Below are positions 1-10,000 of a stretch of 64,000 bases of DNA, in pieces. Below the pieces are notes generated by a model, which was not told where the DNA came from, made no database searches, and was given only the letters and a program-made list of their open reading frames with translations. The stretch is from an uncultured Gemmataceae bacterium (lineage in GTDB: Bacteria; Planctomycetota; Planctomycetia; Gemmatales; Gemmataceae): assembly GCA_963750165.1 (NCBI GenBank), contig CAVVPN010000010.1, positions 192,001 through 256,000 of the forward strand. Reading direction: 5' to 3'. Every line of letters begins with the position of its first letter. Position 1 is the first letter of the stretch. The position numbers and the translations under genes were made by a program.

Positions 1-207
1 CATTTTGTGATCGAAGGGGACGCTCCGAACTACAAGCTCAAACCCGACCTCGCCCGATACTTCGCCAGCACTCAGTTCCCGCATGAGATCATCGAGAGTC
101 CAGAAGCAAAGGTGACCCTGCGCCCTGGAGACCATTCCCCGCCCATCTTTCTGCGCCGCCTTCCCCTGAAAACCGCCGACGAACCTGAGGGCAATGCAGA
201 AAAGTGA
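1..207 (+). CDS. 3' end of a hypothetical protein (starts before the window)
   Basis: Frame open from the window edge to TGA 205-207; no recognisable motif. Confidence 0.4.
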   Translation, partial: HFVIEGDAPNYKLKPDLARYFASTQFPHEIIESPEAKVTLRPGDHSPPIFLRRLPLKTADEPEGNAEK

Positions 208-350
208 GCAAGCCGAGCCCACCGAACAGGACATTCGCAACGGCGAGACTAGGGCCGCGATCGCCGAAACGCAGAACGCTGAGTACGACAAGGCGTACCT
301 CTTGGCCCTCAGCGTCCTCGGCGGCCCGAGTGGCTTTCCGGAACCAGAAC

Positions 351-3300
351 TCAAAACAACGTGGCCTGGTACGCCTTCTGCCTCGGGCCGGCTGCCACAC
401 GTTGCCGGTAATCAATGGACTTGTCTGACAGGTCCTGGTCCGCGGTCGTGTCGGGCGCGGGACTCTCAGGCGGAGCGGCCTGTTCAGGGCCGGCCTGTGA
501 CGTGGCCGCGGCCACCTCGGTTGCCGGTGGCGGTGAGGCGTCCGCACACCCCTCGCTATCGCTCCCGCGTGGCGGGTCGGGGATGACCCCAGGCCCGGTT
601 GCGGGGAGGGCCTCGGCCCGGCGGCGGATGCGCGCCGTCACCGGTTCCTCCGCCGACGCGGTGCGCTTGCCCGTCCGCGGCGGCGCAGCCTCGACCGCGT
701 TCCCGGCCCGCAACTGCTTGATCCGTTCCGCCAGTTCGGCGACGGTCGGGCCGGTTGCTTGTTCCGGCTCCTGCGGCTGTGCCGTCAGCCCAGCTTTCAG
801 CTGGTCGCGCAGGGCGGTCAACTCGTCCAGGTAGGCCCCGTGCGCGAACGGCTGTCCGAGCCGCGCCTGGAAATCCCGCAGTTGGTTCTCGGTAATGTCC
901 AATTCCTGCCGGGTGCGGTTGCGGGCCACTTCATACCCGGCGGCCAGCCGTTCGATGGCGTTCAGGACGGCTTTGGGGCCGTGGTGGTCACGCGACAACT
1001 GATCCTGCCGCCTGCTGGCGCCTTCGAGGTACACTTCCGGCGACCAGTTGGGGTGCAGGATGACGCCGAATTTCAGGCCGCGGTAGACCCCCAGGGGGAA
1101 GTGCCGCGTCAGGCCGACTGTCCGCGGCAGGGCGTCGAGGCCCTCCCCCAGCGTCGCCACCAGTTCCTCCCGGAGCGGTTTCCTGTTGCCGATCACGATG
1201 GGATCGTGGACGTGGGCCTGGGCGGTCGCCAGGTCCGCCGTGAGGCTCGCCAGGCGGCTCTGCAACCGCCCGATGGTTTCGGGGAGTTCGCGGACATTCC
1301 GCCGCGCCAGGTATTGCTCGTCCACCCAGCTTTTCCGCAGGATCGCCAGGCGCTGCAATTCGGCGTCGGCCTCGGCCAGCGTCAGCACCGCCGGGTTGCC
1401 CGACGCGATCGCCTTCACCTCGGCGTAACTTAATTCCTGCCCGCCGACGTCCTCGGCCTTCCGCGCCGACGTGTCGGCCGTCATGATCTGGCTGATGAAG
1501 CGCGCCTTGGTCTCCAGCGTTTGCCACATGAAGGCGTCGAAGCTCCCGGAAGTGACGTAGCGGTAGATGGCCACTTCCTGGTTCGCGTTGCCCTGGCGGA
1601 GGATGCGGCCCTCGCGCTGCTCCACCTCGGCCGGCTTCCACGGCGCGTCCAGGTGGTGCAGGGCGATCAACCGCTTCTGGACGTTGGTGCCGGTGCCCAT
1701 CTTGGTGGTGCTGCCGAGCAGCACGCGCACCTGGCCGCCCCGGACTTTCTCGAACAGCACGCGCTTCTTGGCGTCGGAGTCGGCGTCGCCGATCACCGCG
1801 ATCTGCTCGCGCGGGATGCCGCTGCGCGCGAGTTTCTCCGCGATCTCCTCATAGGCGCTGAAACCCCAGGGCGTCGGGTGAACGCCCATGTCGCAGAAGA
1901 TCAGCTGCGTGGAGCGGGCCGGCGCGGTGCGCCGCCAGATGTCCACGACGTTGCTCACCAACGCGTTGATCTTCGAGTCGGGATGATCCGCCGCCGCGGG
2001 GGACAGCATGCGTGCGTCGAGGGCGAGCTTGCGTCCGTCGGTGGTGATGGCCAGGGCGTTATCCTCGCGGGGATCGACGCCGCCGTTACGGATGCGCTCG
2101 TACCGCGCCACCAGCTCCTGTTGCAGCTGCGCCTGCTCCGGCGACATCGGGCAGGCGACGACGTGCGGCTTGTTCCCTTCCAGCCGAGGCCTGGGCAGGT
2201 TGAGCATGTCCGCCGTCTGCACGTCGGCGAAGGCTCGGAACATCTGCTGCAATTCGGGGAGGTTCACGAAGCGGGCGAAGCGGCTGCGGGGCTTGAGCGT
2301 CTTGCCGTCGGGGGAGATTTCCATCGACTCCACGACCTCGCCGAAGTTGGCGGCCCAGGCGTCGAAATGGTCGATGCCGCCCCGGCGCAAGCCCTCCGGG
2401 TCGAGGAAGCGCTGCATCGTGTACATCTCGACGAGGCTGTTGCTGATGGGCGTGCCGGTGGCGGCCGTCAGCCCGTGGCCGGGGTGTTGCTGGTGCAGGT
2501 AGCGGGCTTTCATGTACGTGTCAAAGGCCCGCTCGCTCCCCCCCGTCTGAATGCCCGCCACGCGATCCATTTTCGTGGCGGCCTCCAGGTTCTTGAAATA
2601 CTGGAATTCATCAACAAACAGGTGGTCAACGCCCAGTTCATCGAACACCAGGCCGTCGTCCTTCTTGTCCTGGGCCAGCAGGTCTCTTAACCGTTCCTCG
2701 CGGCCTGCTTTTTGCTTCTCGATCGTCTTGATCAGGTTCCTTGCGGCCCGGTCGGATTTGTTGGCGGCGGTTTCGCAGAGCAGGCGGTCATATTCCTCGA
2801 TCTGCTCCCGCAGGAATTGCGCCTGGTAGTCCTTCGACATGGCGATCTTCTCGAACGAGGAGTGGGTCACAATGATGCCGTCCCAGTCACCGGAAGCGAT
2901 TTTCGCGGTCAGCAGCTTGCGCCGCTCCTTGGTGAAATCCTCTTTCGACGCGACCAGCAGTTTCGCATTCGGGTAGACGTGCAGGAATTCGCGGGCGAAC
3001 TGCTCTAACAGGTGATTGGGCACCACGTACATCGGCTTGTTGATGAGGCCGGCCTGCTTCATCTTCATGCCGGTGGCGGCCATGCAGGCGGTCTTGCCGG
3101 CCCCGACCACGTGCGCCAGTAGCGTGTTGCCGCCGCTCATGCCGCGCCAGACCGCGTCCTGCTGGTGCTGGCGCAGCGAAAACGCCGGGCTCATCCCCGG
3201 GAACTCCAGGTGCGTGCCGTCAAACAGCCTGGGGCGTAGGTTGTTGTAGGTGTCGTTGTAAATCCGAACTAACCGCTCCGTCCGATCAGGATCAGTGAAG

Positions 3301-5881
3301 ACCCACGCCTTGAACTTCTCCTTGATGAGTTTCTGCTTCTCGCGGGCGGTGAGCGTCTCCTGCTGGTTGACGACGCGCTTGTCGGGGTCGTTCGGGTCGG
3401 GGTCGTAGACGGTGGGCGATTTCTGGTTGAGCGCCAACTCCAGCAGCCAGGTGCCGCTGGCCCGCGCCGTGCCGAAGTCGGCGGTGGCGGCCACCGACTT
3501 CAGGGCGGCGTAGCCGAAGTCGATGCTCCACAGGGCGTCTCGGGCCAGGTGCGCCACCTGGATCGCGTCGTGCTCGACCTGGAAGAGGTGGGCGGCGAAC
3601 GCCTGGATGTCGGATTCGGGTATCCACGGCGCGCCGAGGTTGGCGTCGATGTCGCCGGGCAACACGTCCTCGGGCTGCACCCTGCGCAGGGCCTCGGTGT
3701 TGCGCTGGTATTCCGCCCCGGCGGCCTCGGCCTGGGCGAGTTTGGCGCGGACGTTGCCGGAGAGGTATGCGTCGGCGGTTTGCCATTCCTTCGCGAAGGG
3801 ATCGCGGTAGATCAGGTCGCCCAATTCGCTGAGGACTTGTGCCTCGGGCTGGCCGTACAGCTGCGCGATGAACGGGACATCGACGCCGCCGTGCCGGTCA
3901 AGGGAAACCAGCAGGCCCTCCTCGGCGCTGGTGACGGCGGTGACGGGTGGCTTCTGGCCTACCACGTCCTGGTGCATGATCGGTGCCTTGGTGGCCTTGC
4001 CCGTCTCCTCGTCGTAGTCCTCCAGCGACATCACCAGCATGGCGTCCGGGTCTTGCTTGAACAGGGCGAGGTTGGGCATGCGGCGGATGACCGTGCCGTC
4101 CTTCGTCTCGCTGAAGGTCGTTTTGTTGATGGGGCCGTAAGCGCGGGCGAAGCGGTCATACGCCTGGTTGAGCTGCTTGCGGGCCTGGACGCGCGCCTCC
4201 TCTGGCCAGCCTTCGTTCTGGGACTGGAGCACGCGGCGGGCGAGGTCGCGCAGGCCGATCAGGTCGCCCATGCGCCGCCCGAACATCGCCCCGCCTTCCC
4301 AAAGCTGGGAGCCACCGTACACGACCGGCTTGGCCTGCCCGTCGATCAGTTGGTGGATGCGGCGGTCGTGGACAAAGAAACTGCCTTCGGAGACGTGGCG
4401 CTCGGGTGGCGGCGGCACGAAAGCGGTGGCTGCCGGAGCTGCGGCCGCGGCGGTGGCCTGGGTCGTTTCCAGTTGCGGCAGGCGCTGGATCGCCTCCCTC
4501 AGTTGCTCGGCCAGGTCGCCGTTCGACTCGACGCTGAAGCCTTCCGTGCCATAGTGCAGGTTTTTTCGGCTCCAGGTGCCCAGTACCTGCTCTGGATGGT
4601 TGAGAAAATACTTGTTGACCGCCACCTCGGCGCCGTCCACGGTCAGCGGCGCGACGCCCAGCCAATCGGGGTCGGCGTGCCGGGCGGGTTTTCCCGGCGC
4701 CCGCTTGTGCAGGAACACGATGTCGGTGACGACCGCCGTGCCTTCGCGCTTGAACGCATCGGAAGGCAGGCGGATCGCGCCCAGGAAGTCTGCCTGTCCG
4801 GCCAGGTATTCGCGCAACTGCGCGTTCTGCTTGTCCAGGGTGTAATGGCTGGTGACGAGGGCGAGCACGCCGCCGGGCTTCAGGGCATCGGCCGATTTGG
4901 CGAAGAAGTAGTCGTGCAGGGAATAGGTCTGGCCCCGGTGGTCGAGCTTCAGGTCGGCGAACGGCACGTTGCCGATCACCGCGTCGAGTGGCGGCAGTTT
5001 CGTGTCGCGGAAGTTCTCGATGCGGATGTCGGCCTGCGGGTGCAGCACCCGGGCGATGCGCCCGGAGATGCTGTCCATCTCCACGCCGAGGAAGCGCATG
5101 TCCTTCGGCGCCAGCATGAGGAAGCGCCCCGGGGGCCGCAGCCCGGCTCCAGCACCCGGGAATGATCAGGAACACCCAGGCGCTGCAGGGCCGCGAACAT
5201 GGCGCGGATGACGGTCGAGGAGGTGTAGAAGGCGTTGAACGTGGTGCGCTTGGCGGAGTCGTATTCCGGGTCGGTGAGCAGCGACCGCAATTCCTCGCCG
5301 ATGGCCTGCCAGGCGGCATCCTTGTAGCGGCCGGTGACCGGGTTGGGGAAGAGCGTCAGGGCGACCGGCCCGAAGCCGCCAAAGCGGGCGAAGATCTGGC
5401 GCTCCTCGGGTGTTGCCGCGCGGCGCTCCTGCTCGATGGCCTTCAGCGTCCGGATCGCGGCGAGGATGTCGCGGGCCTTGGCCTTCTCGCCGCCGGCGAT
5501 CTGGACTTGAGATGCGGTTTCGTGCTCGCTGGTCGGCGGCCTGGGTTTCGGCAGTGCCGGCGGCTCGGGCGTATGCAGCGGTGGGGCATCGAATGGCAGC
5601 AGTAGCTGGGTAGCTTTCACGGCGCGGTCTCCTAACGCTTGCAGCCCCGCCACCGGGGCCTGACGGTGCGCAGCAAAATCAGCCTCAGCCGGGAGCGCAG
5701 CGCCGGTGCCAGCGGAAATTTGGGGGAGACCTTCAGGGGGAGCCGGATTTGCGCTGGCAGCGGCCGGCGGGCTGATTAGCGTGCCGTCATCATGCGCACC
5801 GGGCGGGGCCGGATCGGCGGGAGGGGAATCGGCGGGAGAAGACGCATCGAAGTCGAGCAGCGGCTGGCGCCAGCCGTTCAG
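351..5881 (-). CDS. DarB-like fusion of N6-adenine DNA methyltransferase and SNF2/SF2 helicase, typical of ICEs/plasmids; split by a frameshift near 5130; start approximate
   Basis: ORF 4976..6301 gives the N-part (GEKAKARDILAAIRTL, AFYTS, LEPGCG). ORF 351..5117 gives MTase motif GNVPF, Walker A HVVGAGKT, Walker B VDEFQ, ATGTP and QREGRILRQGN. The frames join at a C5G4 run. Confidence 0.85.
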
Positions 5882-6192
5882 GCGGGCCGGGTGGGGCGGA
5901 GATACGCCATCGCCGCGTCGAGGGACAGCGGCTCGTCCTCGTCCTGCGGCGACGCGGGAGGCAAAGAATCCTCCAACTCCCGCAGGGCGATCTCCAGGGC
6001 TTCGCTCGCGATCTGCTCCGCGCTGCTGCCCGGCCTCGTTTGGGCGAGTTGCTCCTGCCAATGCTGGTGGCGGTCCTTCAACTCCTGGGCGTAAGTCTCC
6101 AGTGCCGGCAGTAGGGCTTTCTCCCTGGCGAGCTGATCGTGCAGCGCTGGCCGGTCCTGGATCAGTTGCAAGCAGATGGTCTTGTACTGCAT
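5878..6192 (-). CDS. Small conserved hypothetical protein (MQYKTICLQLIQ...) directly upstream of the helicase
   Basis: ATG preceded by AAGGAAG RBS; helical charged protein; stop abuts the helicase N-terminal frame. Confidence 0.7.
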   Translation of the reverse strand: MQYKTICLQLIQDRPALHDQLAREKALLPALETYAQELKDRHQHWQEQLAQTRPGSSAEQIASEALEIALRELEDSLPPASPQDEDEPLSLDAAMAYLRPTRPA

Positions 6193-7067
6193 GGGTGCTT
6201 CCTTTCTCGTGAGCAAGAACGGGGGTTTGCGGCGCTTCGTCATCGCCGGTGTCGGGCGGGAATTCCAGCAGGGGCTGGTAAAAATGCTGCTTCCGTGCCA
6301 TATCCGAAGCGCGCTAGTTGCTCCGCGGCGGGATCGCCGCGGCGTCCGGCACCGGAAGCAAGAGTCGTGCCGATCGCCGGGCTGGTGGGTTGGTCGATCA
6401 GGAGGCGCTCAAAGCCGCGCCACGGCGGTCGAACGTGTTCACAGGCCGAAGGTGGCACGGGTGCAGGTGCGGACAAAATGCGGTAGCCTTGAACCTGACC
6501 AGGCTTCGATGGGGTCTGAGGCAGTTGCTGAAGGCGGTGTGTCGGCCCTCCGCGCGCTGCGAACTTCCGCTTGCGCCCGCCGGTGGATCCGACCGGAGCA
6601 AGCAGCGCATATTCTGTGACGACTACCTTATATATTAAAGTATCAAAGAGCGGGACAACGTCAACCCGTGCGGATCGGCTGAAGGATGTTCAACGCTCCA
6701 TTACAAGCTGTGACTTCCTGCACCGCCTGCGGGCGCTCGAGCTGCATCAGTCGCCCATCGGCGAGGAGGTGGGAGGGTGCTGTTCGGCTCGCCATACCTG
6801 GCGGGACTGCGCGAGCTTCATCAGTGTGTGAGGTCCTCTGGCTTCACCGAAATCGGCGTTGATCGTCTCATGATAAGACGCGGCAGGCGCCTGGCTCATC
6901 CTGCTTCCGCGACCACCAAAGAATGGGCGCTGCCTGGAAGAGGGGCGGTAGGGGAAGCGGTGGTCTGCAGCGCAGGCGGTGTGGCCTTCGATCCTGGCGG
7001 CATGCCCTTGCAAGAACAATCACACGGCGTCCGCCGATTCGTTCGGCGGACGCCGTGCATTCTCCGC

Positions 7068-10000
7068 TCAGTACCCGAGGCCCAAAACGGTCAGAGTGCC
7101 GCCAGTCGGATTGTTGCCAGTCGGATTGCTGTCAGTCAGCGTGTTGACAGTGCCGTCGCTCAACTGGACGGCGTCAATCCCTTCAAAAGTACCCGCGGCG
7201 AGGTCGGTGTCCGTGTAGATGCAGATCTCGCACGTGAGGTAACTGGTGGGCGCCCCGAAGTTGACGATGAGGTCGTCCGGGCCGCCGGTTGGCGTCGTGT
7301 CGGCCCCCATCCAGACGGTGTGGGCGATGCCGTCGGTGTCGATCAGGTCCACGCGGGTCACGAAGCCGTTGCCGCTGGTCTCGCGGATGGTGAATCCCGT
7401 GGCGTTCACCGCCGTGTCGAAGCCCAGCGTCAGCGTCTCGGTCGTGCCGCCCTGCGACGCCGGCGACCAGGCGGTGGCGCTGGGTCCATAGCTGAGGGTG
7501 TCCGGCGCCCCCAGCGCCGCCGCCGAGCCGGTGCTGTTCTGCGAGCTGAAATCCACGACGGAGCTGGCCCACTGGCCACTGCCGTAGATGGACACGTAGA
7601 CGGTGGCGGTGGCCGTGTCGCCGTTGCCGTCGCTGACCGTGTAAGTGAAGGTGTCGTCGCCGACCGCGCCGGGGTTGGGCGTGTAGGTGACGGTATTGTC
7701 GGGGTTGATGATGACGGTGCCGAAGGCGCCCTGCGTCACGGCACTGACCGTGAGCGCGGCGCCGCTGGCGTCGCTGACGTTGTTGAGCACGTTCACCGCG
7801 ACCGGCTGGCCCGTGGTCGTCACCGCGCTGACATCCGTGGCCGTGGGCGGGGCGCTCACGCTGAGGGTGACGGTGCCCAGGTCGCTGTTGCTGTTGCCGT
7901 CGCTCGCCGTGAACGTGAAGGAGTCGGTGCCGACGAAGCCGGCGTTCGGCGTGTAGGTGAACGAGCCGTCGGCGTTGAGCGTCAGCGTGCCGTTGCTCGG
8001 GCCGCTGGCCAGACTGGCGGTAATGGCGTCGCCCTCGTCGTCGTAGGCGTCGGACAGCACGCCGTTGTTCGCGGCCACCGTCAGTTGCCCATTCACCGCG
8101 ACCTGGTAGGTGGCGTCGAAGACCTGCGGGGCCCAGTCGTGGACGACCACCTGGACGGTGGCGGTGGCTGTGTCACCGTTACCGTCGCTGACCGTGTAGG
8201 TGAAGGTGTCGTCGCTGGCCGCGCCGGGGTCGGGCGTGTAGGTGACGGTGTTGTCGGGGTTGACGATGACGGTGCCGAAGGCGCCCTGCGTCACGGCACT
8301 GACCGTGAGCGCGGCGCCGCTGGCGTTGTCGAGCACGTTCACCACGACCGGCTGGCCCGTGGTCGTCACCGCGCTGACATCCGTGGCCGTGAGCGGGGCG
8401 CTCACGCTGAGGGTGACGGTGCCGGGGTCGCTGGTGCTGTTGCCGTCGCTCGCCGTGAACGTGAAGGAGTCGGTGCCGACGAAGCCGGCGTTCGGCGTGT
8501 AGGTGAACGAGCCGTCGGCGTTGAGCGTCAGTGTGCCGTTGCTCGGGCCGTTGGCCAGGCTGGCGGTAATGGCGTCCCCCGTATCGTCGTAGGCGTCGGA
8601 CAGCACGCCGTTGTTCGCGGCCACCGTCAGTTGCCCATTCACCGCGACCTGGTAGGTGGCGTCGAAGGCTTGCGGGGCCCAGTTGTGGACGACCACCTGG
8701 ACGGTGGCAGTGTTGCTGGTGTTGACCCCGTCGCTGGCCTGGTAGGTGAAGGAGTCGGTGCCGACGAAACCGGCGTCGGGCGTGTAGGTGACGGTATTGT
8801 CGGGGTTGATGATGACGGTGCCGAAGGCGCCCTGCGTCACGGCACTGACCGTGAGCGCGGCGCCGCTGGCGTCGCGGACGTTGTTGAGCACGTTCACCGC
8901 GACCGGCTGGCCCGTGGTCGTCACCGCGCTGACATCCGTGGCCGTGGGCGGGGCGCTCACGCTGAGGGTGACGGTGCCCAGGTCGCTGTTGCTGTTGCCG
9001 TCGCTCGCCGTGAACGTGAAGGAGTCGGTGCCGACGAAGCCGGCGTTCGGCGTGTAGGTGAACGAGCCGTCGGCGTTGAGCGTCAGCGTGCCGTTGCTCG
9101 GGCCGCTGGCCAGACTGGCGGTAATGGCGTCGCCCTCGTCGTCGTAGGCGTCGGACAGCACGCCGTTGTTCGCGGCCACCGTCAGTTGCCCATTCACCGC
9201 GACCTGGTAGGTGGCGTCGAAGGCTTGCGGGGCCCAGTTGTGGACGACCACCTGGACGGTGGCAGCGTCGCTGGTGCTGATCCCGTTGCTGGCCTGGTAG
9301 GTGAAGGACTCGGTGCCGACGAAGCCGACGTCGGGCGTGTAGGTGAAGGTGCCGTCGCCGTTGTCGGTCAGGGTGCCGTCGCTCGGGCCGGTCACGATCG
9401 CAGCCGTCAGCGTGTCCCCATCCGGGTTTATGGCGGTATCCGTCAGGTCGGCGGTTGTGATGGTCAGGGTCTGGTTGTACGCAGTGTACAGCACGTCGTT
9501 CGAGGCGTCCGGGGGAGCGTCGTGAACCACCAAGGAAAGGGTGGTGTTGCTGGTGTTGAACCCGTCGCTGACCTGGTAGGTGAGGGTGTCGGTGCCCACG
9601 AAGCCGGGGTTGGGCATGTAGGTGAAGGTGCCATCGCCGTTGTCGGTCAGGGTGCCGTCGCTGGGGCCGGTCACAATCGCGGCCGTCAGCGTGTACCCCT
9701 GCGGGTCGGTGGCGTTGGCCAGGAGGTCGGTGGTGCTGAAGGTGAGGGGCTGGTCGTGGATGACATCCAGGCCGATGTTCCCGGCGGTCGGGGCCTGGTT
9801 CGCCACGTTCAGAGTGACCGTGGCGGGAGCGCTGGTCAGACCGTCGGCGGTGACCGTGTAGGTGAACGTGTCGGCGCCGACGAAGCCGGCGTTCGGGATG
9901 TAGGCGAACGAGCCGTCAGCGTTGAGCGTCAGCGCGCCGTTGCTCGGGCCGCTTACGACCGTGGCATTGGAGATTTGGTCCCCGTCGGAGTCGGTCGCGT

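Noticed and set aside
194..586. ORF MQKSEQAEP as a complete gene
   Set aside because: Most of it is antisense to the helicase 3' end; at best a truncated start
5882..6301. Helicase start at ATG 6301
   Set aside because: Would fully overlap the well-supported small gene and lacks a close RBS; cannot be excluded
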